From Setoptus koraiensis (taxonomy: Eukaryota; Animalia; Arthropoda): a stretch of DNA of 64,000 bases. The translations under genes and the position numbers were made by a program. Shown here one piece after another: positions 50,701-64,000 of this stretch. The stretch lies in assembly GCA_048013815.1 (NCBI GenBank), contig CM106585.1, forward strand, positions 22,506,001 to 22,570,000. The letters are read 5' to 3'. The stretch's first letter is position 1. Each line of letters begins with the position of its first letter. The notes beneath the pieces are model-generated. The model worked only from the letters and a program-made list of their open reading frames with translations. It made no database searches and was not told the origin of the DNA.

Positions 50701-53700
50701 TTTGAATATAATTACAATATATACATATTGCTGGTGTTGTTGTTGTTGCGAGCCATCAGTGCGGCCAGCAATAGGTCACCCACCCATAGGTGGCAAGTGG
50801 CTCATCATCAATTGTTGGCAATTGTCAGTGGTGTGTCACGCACTCTCACAACACACTGACAGCGACTGTGATTATCGTTATTATTATTATATAACAAGAC
50901 AATTGTTGTGTTACAGCTCACACTTATCACACACACACAACTGACCATAACTCATTATTGCCGATACAACCTACAGAGAGCGTGAGTGTCTCATTAGGGT
51001 GTCCAATTAGTTGGCCAATTGCGAGTATCATGTTGTTATATTGTATCTATTGTTATTATTATTATTATTAGCGACTCGACAATAGCAACGAGTGTGGACC
51101 GGAAATTGGGGCCATTTCACTTGACGCCACTCGGCGTTCAATTGACACCAACGTGTTCCGGCATTCGCTGTTGAAAGTGGCAAATAGTAATTTGTAGACA
51201 GGCATGAATGATAATAACAACTGTTATGCAAGTACCCAAATGTGAATAACAAAAATCAAATGAATATTGCGCACTAACTAACTCTATTGCGTCTTGCGTC
51301 TTGCGTCTTGTGTCAGTTAATTTGGGCGTCCAATAAACGGTGGCCAGTTCATCAACAGTCGACTTGATGAGCAGTCGTGATTGCCGCTATGCCAACAAAC
51401 AATCTAATCATCATACTGGCAACTGGTAACGGTGTTAATGTTGACAAGATAGCTTGCTATCGTGATGCCTGATGATTGATATCCATGTCCAATGATCACA
51501 ATCGTTTTGGCATTAATATTTAGATGACGATGTAAGCACTTTCCAAGTGTTACTATCACACAGTATTTATAACAGCAACAACCTTTTTGGGCATCAACGA
51601 GCCAGCCATCAGATGAGCAGCTCGCCGGGCCTGAGATTGGATTGGATCGGATCAGAGTGGCAGAAATTGCATTTGATTTTCTCAGTGAACACTGCAAACT
51701 CACCTGTATGTTATGTCTAATAATAACTAGCCAGGTAGCTGATGTTAGCTGGCGTTTCATCGACCACTCGATACCCAGTAACAGACGCAATCTAGACACA
51801 CTAAGAAATAAGAAACAGCTCGCAAATCTAATAAGAAAGCCGATCGAAATATAAGCGATTGAGCAAAATTAACGAGTTAGCGGCAAGCTTCACTAACCGT
51901 TGTTAATTTTCAGCCCAGTCTAACGCTTCTCACAATGCTGCTGCTAATAGTACAATTGTCTGCTGTCGGTATTATCATCATTATTGTTATTATTCAATTT
52001 TGCACACTGCATCTATTTTACATGTTACCAGTTACACCGTTATCCGTTTTGCACAGCATCAGTATAACTCATGTAATGGCAGGCGATAATAATGATAATT
52101 ATCTGTTAAATTGGCGTCATAAAGTCATCAGTCTGGCTGTTGGCCGCAACTATTCACAACTACTGAACAAAATCTCAACTATATCTCGACTATCATAACT
52201 ATACTAGATAATCTGGCCAGTGAGTGTGTGGCCATTTTAGATGAGCATTGTTAAAAGTACGTAAAATAAAATGAGAGATTCAAGCACAAAAACGAGCTGC
52301 CTGCTCGTACGGCTCAACGGCAAGCTTAATTTGGCGAGCTCAATTTTGCGATATTTACGCCGCGAAAATCTGTTTGCGAGCAACCGGAAGATGAAGAAGC
52401 TATTCAATTACTATTAACTTTTTAACTGTAACTTTTAAAAACAGCTCATGCACGTAATATTAAGTGAGTTAATGAAACGCTCATGGTGGCCAGATAATGC
52501 TGATCGCTTAAATTCAATTCAATTGATCTCTCGTGATTCAATAACCTGCCTCTCACTCCCCCTCACCTCTTAAAATAATGCACTCTATGTAGCTATGGCG
52601 CATGATGAGGCCATTATTTAAATTTAAATGAATGATCCGACAATTAAGCGAATGGCAACAATCCGTTCAATCACGCGCAACTTAATTCTGGCAACAAGCA
52701 AGCAGATAATTAGATCATTTACTGTTAACAGTGGCTACTTTACGGCTAACAATTCATAGACATTGTGAGACAAGCGCACATTACATTGTAATAGACATTG
52801 TAATCATCGTGATACAGACAGTGATAGACAGACACACTGAGCCGACCAATATTATGTAAGATCGATCGCTTTGTGAATGAATGAAGTGAGGTCCGATGAA
52901 AACAGTTAGCTGGTCACTTTTACTTGCCAACTATGCCCATCGTTTCGCCAAGTTAGCTTGCCAATCAATCATTGATGTAAGCGAGCTGTGACGGACTTGC
53001 CCATTCATCATGGACCGAGCGCCAATTTAACCCATCTTTTTATGCCTTTATCTCTGAGATAGACATAGAGAGAGAGTCACTCTTTTTCTGTGTTGTGTGT
53101 CCCGAAAAAGAAAAAAACAGTTTCGTCGTCAGGCGTGATAGTTTAGATCTAGATAGAAAGAAGATATATTAAGATAAGTACAAAGGTATTTAACACACGG
53201 CTATGTGTTACGGGTGTTTATTCGAATGAATATGTGATGATTCTTTGCGAGTCATCATGATTGTGATGGTTCAATCATTGCATGCACTGGACAATTGATC
53301 GGACAATTGGGCACAACAACGTTGAATAACAATGATAATGATAATGTGAATGAACTCAGCCAGTGCCAACATTTAACTTGTGCATTGATTGACTTTATAA
53401 CTAAACTTGTAAACTGACCCATCATATGAATCGATACTCACAGATTTACTTTTATTGTTTTCGTTGCAACAAAGACACTCACTGATTCCAATGGCTAATT
53501 AATGACATTCACACACACACACACAATTGGACTGTCACTGTCGAAAAAATAACAACAGACTTTTTAAATAGTCTTGACATGGTACAACTTGGTCACTCAC
53601 GGTGAATAGGCTGACATTAACAGACCGATATAGCAGCGAGACTTTTCTTACACAGAATCAGAGAATTATATCAATTCAATGCAACTCAATTAGTAACTGT

Positions 53701-56700
53701 TGAGCATCTTCTTTCGACTGAAATTATCCATTGCTGGCCAACAGTTTCGATAGATGAAGGGCACTCTTCTCTTTAGAATCTTTATTTTCGTTTTCATGCT
53801 TTCGCCTTGCACATCTGAGGTCAGACAGATAAAGTAACGGCGCTGGCCCAATTGGACAACTCACATTATTTATAAATTAGCAATGATTAGCCACGATGCA
53901 AATATACGAGACAGCAGGCGACTGGCGCACTCAAGAGTTCACTGACTAGTGAAATGGGAGCCAATTAATTAAACTCGCACCACTTATAACTTTTAATATC
54001 AGTTAATATCAGCGACACTCATGTTACCAGTGACATACCACTGGCAGTAAGTTACTGCCGAGACAGTAACCGAGAGCCAGGCACAGTTATTAGGCAATGT
54101 CTAGTGTGTGTATTATGTCACCAACTGCCCACTGACTGCTGGTCATTCGATCAACACACAACTCGGCGATTATTCGGCCAATAACCAGCTCGAGCTAACA
54201 TGGCTACCTGTTGCTATTGGCGTCGCTGTTGCTTTTGGCGCTGTTGTTGCTATTGGCTCGCTGTGAATCAATGTGATTCGCGCTGACAACAATTCGTTGA
54301 ACCGACCACACGGTGATTTTAACATTTTATCCGTTGCATCGATTCGATGCGATTCGAGTGGCTCGGTCGCATCGTGGGCTTGATTTGATTTGGCTGAACA
54401 GTGACTGTCGAGCGTCTAGTCAATCAGTTCAGCGTACGGTGAGTGGAATAAATTGAATGAAAACAAAACAGTTTATGTGTGTGTGTGTGAACATTACATA
54501 ACGTAATTGTTGTCATCTCTCGGTCGGTGTTGGTGTGGTTTGGTTGTTGATGTTTGGTTGTTGATGTTCGGTTGTTGATGTTCGGTTGTTGATGCTCGGT
54601 TGTTGATGCTCGGTTGTTGGTGTAAGTGACCGACTGTGCACCAGAGGCACACATGAGCACATAATGTACATAATGTCATGCGATCATACATTACTAATGT
54701 AAACTAATATTATTTATATTTGAACCGATACAACAACAAGTGATGAGTCGCTCTCACCAGGTTGCGCTTCTCTTTGATGTGTTTATGTGGCTCTTTGATG
54801 TAGCATAAATACATGGCTTCTCTTCTCTAAAGAAGCGCTGGCAAAAAGTATCAAAAGAACGGCGTTTATCTGGAAAAGAAGTTTCTCACACACACACACT
54901 GTGTCCATTGAAAAGAGCGCTATAGGTAGCAGTGGTCATTGTCCACATTGTCCATACAGTGTGCATTTACATTTAATGGCCATAATGGTTTTGCTCACTG
55001 CCGACCGGCATCACAACAATCATCGCTATCACACACTCGCCATGACACTCACCGCGCACCACTCACCATAACGCTCACCATAACGCTCACCATGGGCTAA
55101 ACAATTTTCAGTATGCTCCGTCTGACAACTTGTAAGTGCTGTCAAGCTTGCCATTGCTACTGGCGACCGCTCACAATCGACCCTTATCGTCGTAGCAAGC
55201 TTGCCTATTGAATAACGGCGAGCATAATTTATCTGGATAAATATAAATATAAGCCAGCAAACGATGAAAACTTTTCATTGAAAAGTGTTTATGCGTTGAG
55301 TGGACAATTCACAAGTCGACGGGGCCATTCTCAGCGTGTCATGTTCGTGTGCAGATATCATAGAAAATCTGGCTGTTATGAACACGACAATATTCCATCA
55401 CAACTGCAAACTTTCTCTTATTCACCAACTCACAACATAACAACACAATGTGTGCCGGTTACATAACTGACCTGGCAGCCAAACCAATGCCCGGTCACAC
55501 GATGCTGCCACCGGGCAACATCGGCCAAACTTGTGCCCGTGTCCGGTTTGACATTTATTGATTTATTGTTTGATATTGGCGCGTATTGCGTCAGCAGATT
55601 ATTTATTGCGTTTTGCCTGATAATGATTTTTTTTTTTTCATTTTGTGATTTAATTTGCACGCAATTGTCACAATTGTCAAGTGAAAGTTGGCTCGTGTTG
55701 CTCATTTGCGCACTCACACAGAAGCTGTTTACGGTGACAATGTGATTCAGTGATTTGGTGAGTCGAGAGAATCTCAGAATAATCTATTGACAAAAATCAT
55801 TGTAAATGGATCATTGATAACGCGACATTGACCATCGTTTGCAGCGGCGGAATTGAGAGCCAAGTGGCATATTTGTGTGCCGGTTTTTGCATTATTTGTT
55901 GGTGCATGCTGGCGCAAAAGTCGCCTGCACAACTGCATTTACATGTGTATCTGGATAAGACACAATGCTGTCATTTGTGCTGTCACACACACATTTGCCA
56001 GACACCAAGCTGGCCGACAATGGCAACAAGTGGCACTTTCTATTCACTGTTGGCCATACAAACATTTGATGCAAACAACGGAATTGATGCAACTTTTTAG
56101 AGTTGCATTGGACGACTATAAAACGTTGGGCCACAATGAATCTGACGAAGCGACCGGATTCCCGGAAGAAGACGACTCATACAACATTGTTGTATCGATT
56201 GTTTGTTTGTCTCAATTGGCTGGCTGGCTAACGTTCACAACAACGACAGTTGAGTTTCGCTTGTTTGTTTGTGCTCGCGCGCGCTGATTGTAGAGTCTAC
56301 AATCAGTGAGCGTAGAGTCGCCATCATTGGCTGTGTGGCGCTATCTCGAATAACGGTAACCATCTAGGCAATGTTAATGTTGTTTGTATGTTACGCAACA
56401 TACGATAGATTGTGGATACATCGTTAAAACATGAACAAAACATCGCCCGCCAAGATGCTCTAATGGCTGTACGTTGGCTTCAATTGATTTGTTTGGCAAG
56501 ACATCGGCCAATCATGATGCCGCCTCAACTGCTCTCGATGCTCTTCTCGCCAGCGCTCTTGTCAGTGTTGGTCGCCAGTGTTGGTCGCCAGTGTTGGTCG
56601 CAATGTGTGTGTGCAATGATCTCAAGTGCCGGGTCAAACAACGTTGCGTCATGATGCCGACTGCGCAACGAGTGACGGCGAGCGAGCGAGCGAGTGAATC

Positions 56701-58236
56701 ACTTTCACTTTGATCATTTGATACATCATCTCATACATCATTTAGTTGACTGGACAAACAGGTTGCTGTTGTTTGGATAACAACAGCAACAACAGTTGAC
56801 TCAACAAAATTCTCAAAAGTGCCTTTCTCAAACGGCCAACACTTTCACTGCGACTCCCACAACATTTTTGCTTTTCCTTTTGATGCTTCCTTTGCTATCT
56901 TTGCAGTGTGAGATCTACTTTTCGCAGCCACTTGAGAGATTCCTGAGTTTCTATCAAGTTTGCTGTTGCTGTTGCTGCTGTTGTTGTCGCTGTTGTTGTT
57001 GCTGGCGGCAGCAGCAGCCCGAGCAAGATAAAAGAATTTCAAAGTGGAAACACGAACGCAAAAAGTGGCATCATCTCGTCCATTCTTTTATCTGGGGTGC
57101 ACACACTTGTGACAGCAGCGGGCAGCATCGTCGCCTTTGTTTAGTTTGTTTGTTTGTCGATGTTTGCACCAGTTTGTGTGGTATGATAAAGCAGTGAGCA
57201 CAATGTTGCTGTTGTTGTTGTTGCCGCTGTTGTTGTTGTTGTTGTTGCTGCTGTTGTTGCCTCAATAACATTGCATCGATACACAAATGCCAGATAGAGA
57301 CATGCCGAGATTATCGAATTGCAACAATTCCGACACAGTTCAAATGTCGTCGCCGTTTATCCGTTGTTGCTGCCGTTGTTGCTGCCGTTGTTGCTGCCGT
57401 TGTTGCTGCCGTTGTTGTTGTTGTTGTCGTTGTTGCGCAACATGTTGCGCCACCGCCAACAATGACCTGTGTCAAACGTACGTATAGCCTGTTGCTGCCG
57501 GTGCTGTCAGTGATGCAGTACAATTAATACATCACCAACTAATGCTAACCATCAGCTATACGGGCTATATCTAACTATATATTCTTGCAATCGCCAAGAA
57601 AATATAAGAATTAAATGAATGTGTTACATCATCGACGCCGCTTTTCCGGTCCTTTCATACACATCAATCCCGTCAATTCCATGTCGGTTATATCATATAC
57701 AATTACAAGTCGACGAAATAAAACTCGAGCAACCCAAAGAAGCGCCAACGAACGAATGCAATGATTTAAAATGATTTAAAATGATTTAAAATGATTTGAA
57801 ATTATTTGAAATGATGCAACTTACCTCTTTGGTGATATTGCGTCCATCGAGAAACCATTCAATGTTGGGCGGCGGATTTCCTCCTTTAATTTCGCTGTTT
57901 ACGGTTGTTGGTTACAATGGCAGGTAAATGATGATTAGTTGTTATTGTTATTAATCATTGTTGGTTTACATTGTTATTGACAATTATTTCTATTAAGCGT
58001 GCCTGCGTTTTGCATGACAGCACTCTCAAGTGACACAATGGCCTAACAGAAATGTAGTAACAACAATGACGCAACAGCAATGACGCAACAGGTCACCTTA
58101 ACTGTCATCATCATATGCATCACATTACATTGCACAATCACATTGCATATGAGATAGTTATGAATTAAGTGGTTACTTACCATATGATCATCTTTTGCTT
58201 ATTCTCTTCCACTATGAGCCGCTGACTGTTTGTCAC
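38651..58236 (-). CDS. Kirre/Roughest/NEPH-like Ig-superfamily adhesion protein, partial gene model: join of 58236-58181, 57894-57825, 44814-44652, 42307-42182, 39624-39439, 39195-38885, 38769-38651
   Basis: Seven exons with canonical AG/GT ends and mutually compatible phases give a continuous reading frame covering three complete Ig domains and the start of a fourth. 5' exons probably lie beyond 64000; TM and cytoplasmic exons were not found. Family assignment is by eye. Confidence 0.85.
38885..39195 (-). CDS. Ig-superfamily gene exon 6 (complete I-set Ig domain)
   Basis: aacag|(Y)APVLL...LACIFEGNPEPEVKW...LVMQNVTYKQEGDYHCEAKN...FGEPQFLVR|gtgagc; phase 1 to 0. Confidence 0.93.
39439..39624 (-). 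CDS. Ig-superfamily gene exon 5
   Basis: ttag|(G)STPGSSIG...GPLLEFNSISRDLNQNIFECLAQNSYGVSHPTDVKLNVL(Y)|gtaagt; phase 1 to 1. Absent from the ORF track. Confidence 0.9.
40623..40675. repeat. 14-bp minisatellite (~4 copies)
   Basis: gctggcaagacagt and variants. Confidence 0.85.
42182..42307 (-). CDS. Ig-superfamily gene exon 4
   Basis: gtcag|(Y)IPTVSVGQREHSIVEGSPLSITCNVDSNPPPSIISWRLVTD(G)|gtaagt; phase 1 to 1. Confidence 0.92.
44652..44814 (-). CDS. Ig-superfamily gene exon 3
   Basis: catag|AVQYTTNATTSASRTTVSRLKMGDVKRQMNGKNLTCSGWHPTLNQSSTVELDVH(Y)|gtaagt; phase 0 to 1; second half of a C2-set domain. Confidence 0.9.
54542..54619. repeat. 14-bp minisatellite (~5.5 copies)
   Basis: ggttgttgatgttc with polarised variants (gttt, gttc, gctc). 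Confidence 0.9.
57825..57894 (-). CDS. Ig-superfamily gene exon 2 (70 nt)
   Basis: aacag|(C)EIKGGNPPPNIEWFLDGRNITKE|gtaagt; phase 2 to 0. Confidence 0.9.
58181..58236 (-). CDS. Ig-superfamily gene exon 1 in window (56 nt)
   Basis: ccag|VTNSQRLIVEENKQKMII(C)|gtaagt; phase 0 to 2; completes the Cys codon with exon 2. Confidence 0.82.
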
Positions 58237-61200
58237 CTGGTTCGTCAATGTACCAACAAAGAGAAATAAAAAACAATTAATTATGCATTATTAATCACTT
58301 ATCAATTGAGATCTAGATTTAGTTTAGTTGAACTGTGTTACAGGATATCTTATGTGCCAGTAACGTATACAGTGTATAAACGTGTCGTATCAGATGCAGT
58401 ATCAGATGGCCGCAAACTGACAGTATCTGTTATAAGGGCAACAAGCAAACAAAGTTGATAAGATGAGATAACAATCAGCTGATACAAGTTAAGATCTCAT
58501 CATGTCGCTCAATCTCGCGCCCTTTATCTTGACCAACTGTAAATCTAATTTAAATAATAAATAATAAACAATAAACTAAGCGCAGGTTAAATTGAGTCGC
58601 TTGATCAATGTGAGAGTGAGTTGGGCAACATCAACCGTGTTGCTGTGATCGTGAGCTGTCTGTTAATTAATTAATTCTTGACCACTACATTCAACTGTCT
58701 GTCTGTCTAGCGCCAGTAACGCTAATTAATACTAATGCAATCAGCACGCTCTCTCAATGGGCACATACAAGTAGAGGCAACTATCAGCAAGCAGCTTTAT
58801 AATAGATTAGCTTCAATTGCAATTGACCGTTCGCTTATCATTTGATACATTGACCGGTGCAGCTAGCTTATGAGCATATAGTCCATGAATCATGATGATA
58901 TTTGTGTGCCCAATGAGCACTAACAATGTAAGTGTGCAAGTGTGACCAGCGTCACAACAACCAGCATTGCGTAATGTGTGTTTGTTGCTGATGTTTTCAA
59001 TTAACGGACAACGGACAACGGCAATACAAACAAACAGATAATAACATATGAATTTCACTGTATTGTTTGTGCAATCGACTCGATCTATCGTATTGAGATA
59101 TACATGTGATATTTATATGAAATATAGCAAGAGATTAAATAATAACATTGAATATTGGCCATTGAACTCCACATTTCACTCACTGATCCCATCTGATTCT
59201 GAGTCTCAGACTTTAATTATATCATAATCATATCACATGCACCAGCTGAGACCAGCCAACATAGAAACTTGTTTCTCTCTTATCATTTCTCCCTTTATCA
59301 TTTGTTTCATTTGTTTAGCTGCTTGTACAAATAGTAATAAGTAATGAACACTTGCGAATTTGTGATCGTTGTGGATCAACACTTGAAACAATCCGAATTT
59401 GAATTCAAATTGATTTAAATTCCAATATTACACTCAACACAATTGGACAACCAGCAACAACACACTTACATTTTAAATGATCGTTGCCCAGCCAACAGAC
59501 AGCCAAGCAAAGCAGCAGCACTGATAAACAAACTAACGTCTAATTGAAATATATAACAATTTAAGGTCTCGCCATATGTGAGAATGTTCACATAGCTGAG
59601 GTGACAAGCTCGTTGATCACACACACACTCAGTCAGTTTTGTTTCTGGCAGGTAAATCACGATTATTATTAATTTTTGTTTTTCTGTGCAATAACATTCT
59701 GTTAATGTATGAACTGTATGTATGTATTGATCCAACAGCCAGCCAGCCAACCAGCCGGCAGTTGAACTTTACTCGCTGCTTGCTAGTTAATTAGCAGCAA
59801 GTCCCTAATTGAGTTAGCTGGCTCACTGAGTTGCGCAACTTATGCAACTTATTGTGCACAACACATACCTCAGGTAAGTTGCAATTTGCATTTGAATGGG
59901 GTGCTTGCCACTGCTGCACACTGGGCAACCAACTGAGCAACTGAGCAACCAAACGGCCAACCAACCAGCTAACTACCAGACTAAATTACAATCGGCCGAG
60001 CACTGGGCCAAGTTGCTGGCGTGCCTCGGTGATGCCACTAGCAGTTAGTTAGTACATTGAACCTGTACCTGTTTGTTTTGTTTACTTGTGTTTATGTTAT
60101 TTATATTGTTTACGTAATAACTATTAGATGCGTTACAGCGGCAGCCAACAAACTACTGTTCACAGCTGATCGTCTCCGGGGCAACACCAAAACAACAGCT
60201 GGGCAAAGCTACAATTATCAATGAATAGTGTTGCTCACGGATGTGGCGTCATTGTCTCGGGTGGGTGACGCAAAACGCCGGGGTATTATAGCATCTACCC
60301 ACGCTCTTGAAATCGAGCGGAATTGTTCTTGTTTAAGATACCCTCATCATCATTATGATGCAACATTTGAAAAGTGCTACAATTGTTGTGCAAGGTCATT
60401 GCGTCATTTGAGTCACTGTTGTACTACAGCAGCAGCAGCAACAACAACAACAGCAACAACAGTTTCAATGTCCACTTGTTGCTGTCTTTTAGTCGGGACG
60501 ATTGTCAAACGATCGACTTGACAGCCGATAAATAATAATTATCATGAGCAACAGGAACAATGACAGCAAGTAGACAATTCATTGTTGTGACATTCATTAG
60601 TTTAGCTGGATATTCAAATGATGCTTACGGCCAGATTCAGCTGAGTGAGCGCAATAGCAATACAAATGTCACAATACAACAACTTGCTCTAGATAGATGA
60701 GTTATGGTTGTTGTGTTAGCCAGTTTGTCTAGTAGACAATGTCTAGCCAACACAACAAAACGAGGCTCACTTGTGCGTTGATTTGGTAATGATTGTGCGT
60801 CCAATTGATCCGCAATTGGCTACAGTTGCACAATTATGTCACATAACGACCACTTACAAACAAACTACAAAATAGATACGCCTCACGAGAGACAACGGGG
60901 CCAAATAGAGCTGAAATAACGAGATGAATGCATCGTTCAACTTTTCACACTCTTTTTCAATGTTGTTGCTCGATGCTCCAACGGCGCCATTGAAACCAAC
61001 AGGCAACAACAACAACAACAACAACGACTAGAAAGTTTCATCACGTCATGTCTCGACAACAACGTCGTACACGCCGTGCATTATGAGTATTGAATGAGTC
61101 ACTCATTATGAGTGAGTGCGAGTGTTTGCATCACTTGTTTGTTTGCACATTGAGCATGTTACATCATTGAGAGCATAGTCAGTCGATGATACAGCTGAAA

Positions 61201-62580
61201 TACAGGTAATGTAAGCAACGATGCACATATTAATATGCGCCATTGAGCAAGGCCGTTATAAATAAATAATTACGTCACACTGACATTAATCTTATCGTGA
61301 ACTGAGACATTGATGACAAGTGCTGCTGCTGTTGCTGTCTCATACATTATGTTGCTGTTATATATTGGTGTATGGTAGTGCACTTGTCAAGGTTAATTTG
61401 GTTTAGTTTTTTTCTTGTGTTTTGTTTCAATCTTGCTCATGTCACTGCTGCTGACTCACTCAAATTAACGGTTTCTTGTGCCCTCAACTTGAGACTTTGC
61501 AGTGTTTGTTTCAATCGCAACTGCATCACATGTCACCTGTTACATAATATGTGTAACATACATGTTATATGATGCAGTGCATAGGTGACATGATGAGGTC
61601 ACTGTAGTCTAGTGAGTCCGTTATACTCTGTTTGTGTGTGTGTGTGCTATCATGATGTGGGAATCATGAGCATTTACGTATAACAATAAATAGAAACCGA
61701 ATAAATGGCATGCCCATAATACCAACTGAATGTTGGCGGCAAGTGACAGTTGTTTTGTTTGGTCATTGGGTGTTATTGTTCCAAATATTTTGCTTATTGT
61801 TGACATTGTTGCAGCAGTTGTGTGCATCGATGAGCGACCGCATTATTTGATCACCTCTAGAGAAACACTTTTCCACTTGCGTCTGGCGTGTCGCTGTTAC
61901 ATAACAAACAACAGCCAACATTGCATGCCAGTGATTGACTTGGAATTTCAAATTCCAAACTCCAAACTCCAAATCTCAAAAACCAAATATTAGATAGCGA
62001 ATCGCAAATCGCAAATATCAGATGTGAGATGGCAAATATCAATGAAAGATGAATGCATTATGACGATGATGATGTCATTGGTTTGGTTGTCATTATTGGG
62101 TTACTGCGCGGCCAGTTGTAGCTGACTGGCGACCACGAAAAGACAGCCCCACTCAACAGCTGATGTATATCATCCGTCTATTGAAGGATCGGTCCTACAG
62201 ATAAGATGTTATGCATTGTCCACTTGCGTAAGTAGACACTTGTTCGTGATGTTGTTTGCACACACACAACATTCAACTGTCAGACTTATCGTCGTCAGCT
62301 GTTCACATATGGCAACAACGTCAAGATCAGCTGATATTGTTGTGGCATTGGTCGCAACTATGGTGAACAGATAAGTCAGTGACAGTTAGCTTGTAGGAAT
62401 GGCGCTTCTGTTCAACAGAATCTGTTGTTGTTGCGATATCATAACAACAACAACGACAACAATAAGTGATTACATGATTGGCAAACAAGCGGCGATGAAA
62501 ACTTTTTCTTTCTCTCTGTACGCTTTATATATATACTTTGCAGACTGGCTGGCGGTGTTCGTTGGTTAGCTTGGCTCGGC

Positions 62581-62645
62581 TCGGCTTCGATCGGCTTCGA
62601 TCGGCTTCGATCGGCTTCGAACGGCTTCGAACGGCTTCGATCGGC
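62581..62645. repeat. 10-bp tandem repeat (~6.5 copies)
   Basis: tcggcttcga / acggcttcga. Confidence 0.92.
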
Positions 62646-63020
62646 CGGCCGGCCAACCTGTGGGCACATGTGTGATTCGCAAAATCAATCATGCTACATA
62701 ATAGTGATGGTAAGTATATCTTGCGGTTGCCCATTTATATTAGTTCAAACTACTATTATAGCCGAGGCTGGCCGATGGACGTAACGCAACTAGATAAAGC
62801 GTCACAATGCAACAAGAAGAAATTGTTCAAGAATTTTGTGTGTCTGAAAATTTTGTCTGATTTGTTCAATTGATGTAAAATTCAATAGCGTTGCGCTGAC
62901 CGCGCATATTTGTTATTGTCATGGCGCTACCTGTTTTGTCAGATACAAACACACGGACAAAATAAATTTGAATATCTCATCTAAAAAGCATCTAAAGTTT
63001 CCACTGTTGCAGCCTCTCCA

Positions 63021-63127
63021 GCAACAACCGCCCAACTACAACAACTACCGTACAACTACAACAACTACCGCCCAACTACAACAACTACCGTACAACTACA
63101 ACAACTACCGCCCAACTACAACAACTA
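63021..63127. repeat. 20-bp repeat with 40-bp higher-order period
   Basis: acaactaccgcccaactaca alternating with acaactaccgtacaactaca. Confidence 0.9.
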
Positions 63128-64000
63128 CAACAACAAACGAGTCGCCAATGTCCAATTGTCCGTGTAGTTGTGCGTTTGTGTTGCGCAACTCACAACAATC
63201 GTTGCCAATGTTAGATTTAGCAGTGTCTATCCACAATTACGACACTGCTATAAAAAAAAGAAGCCAACAAATGAAAAGCGATTGTTGTTCTAGAGAGAAG
63301 CCGATAATCTTTCGATAAATTCGTTGTCTTGTTCATTCAATCGCCCGCTTCGTTTGCTCGCCGTCTAAACTCGTACCGTGATCAGCTGATCCATTTTATC
63401 TAACAATCAGCGATCTAACAAGTGTTCGAGTGACAATAAATGAGATAAACAGATAAGACCATAGCAATCATTGGCTCATTAGCTCACAATGAGTGTCCCA
63501 TGTACGTGCTTTTGCCAATGCAAATAGCATGTATAGTGTGTCTAAATCTACTCTGGTATAGATAGCATGATCACCTGATGAGATCAACGTTGTGATTGAA
63601 TAGTAATTGGCAATTGCGTAATCTCTTCAACAATACAATTTACATTTGCATCTTGAGAGCACAACAAGAAATAAATAAATGAATGAGATCATGATCTTGT
63701 TCTTTGTTGTTTTTATTCCTACTTGATTGATGTTAGTTGATTTGATTTTACATTTGATCATCTCTCTCTCTCTGTTTCGCTCGCGTTGCATCGACGAAGC
63801 GACGGGCTGTTGCGATGGCTTCACATTTGAAGTTAGTCATGACATGACAACACCAATAACAACAACAACGACAGCAACAACAACGACAGCAAAATAAGAA
63901 CAGATAGCCACTTTGATATTATATAATCGGCCGATTTGAACAATAAAGTGGCATTAGAAACTAACGAAAACAGATAGGAGATGAGCGACCATTTGCATAA

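Noticed and set aside
5526-61110. Short perfect palindromes, several centred on TGAGTCA (5535, 41761, 43005, 54046, 59205, 61094)
   Set aside because: 6-8-bp arms and a 7-mer are expected several times by chance in 64 kb; no evident enrichment.

Overview
Eukaryotic (animal) genomic DNA, most likely from a small arthropod; an acariform or eriophyoid-type mite is my inference from intron-poor housekeeping genes with ~110-bp introns, CAA/CA-rich non-coding DNA and a Cardinium-like insert. Left contig (1-34282): head-to-head FARSA (intronless, minus) and PFAS (2 exons, plus) with a decayed SMC6-like fragment between them; a 2-exon prune gene with a long N/Q-rich N-terminus; an internally deleted UTP4 pseudogene; a diverged ~2.4-kb inverted duplication carrying two paralogous ~60-aa secreted-peptide genes with a pre-miRNA-like hairpin in its spacer; and, starting exactly where the right arm ends, ~1.4 kb of Bacteroidetes (Cardinium-like) DNA (bamD fragment plus an intact lipoprotein gene) running into low-complexity sequence and a 500-N gap. 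Right contig (34783-64000): seven hand-assembled exons of a Kirre/Roughest/NEPH-like Ig-superfamily gene on the minus strand, including a 13-kb intron, among many micro- and minisatellites. Most short ORFs in the supplied track are microsatellite artefacts. All homology calls are from motif recognition by eye; no database search was run.
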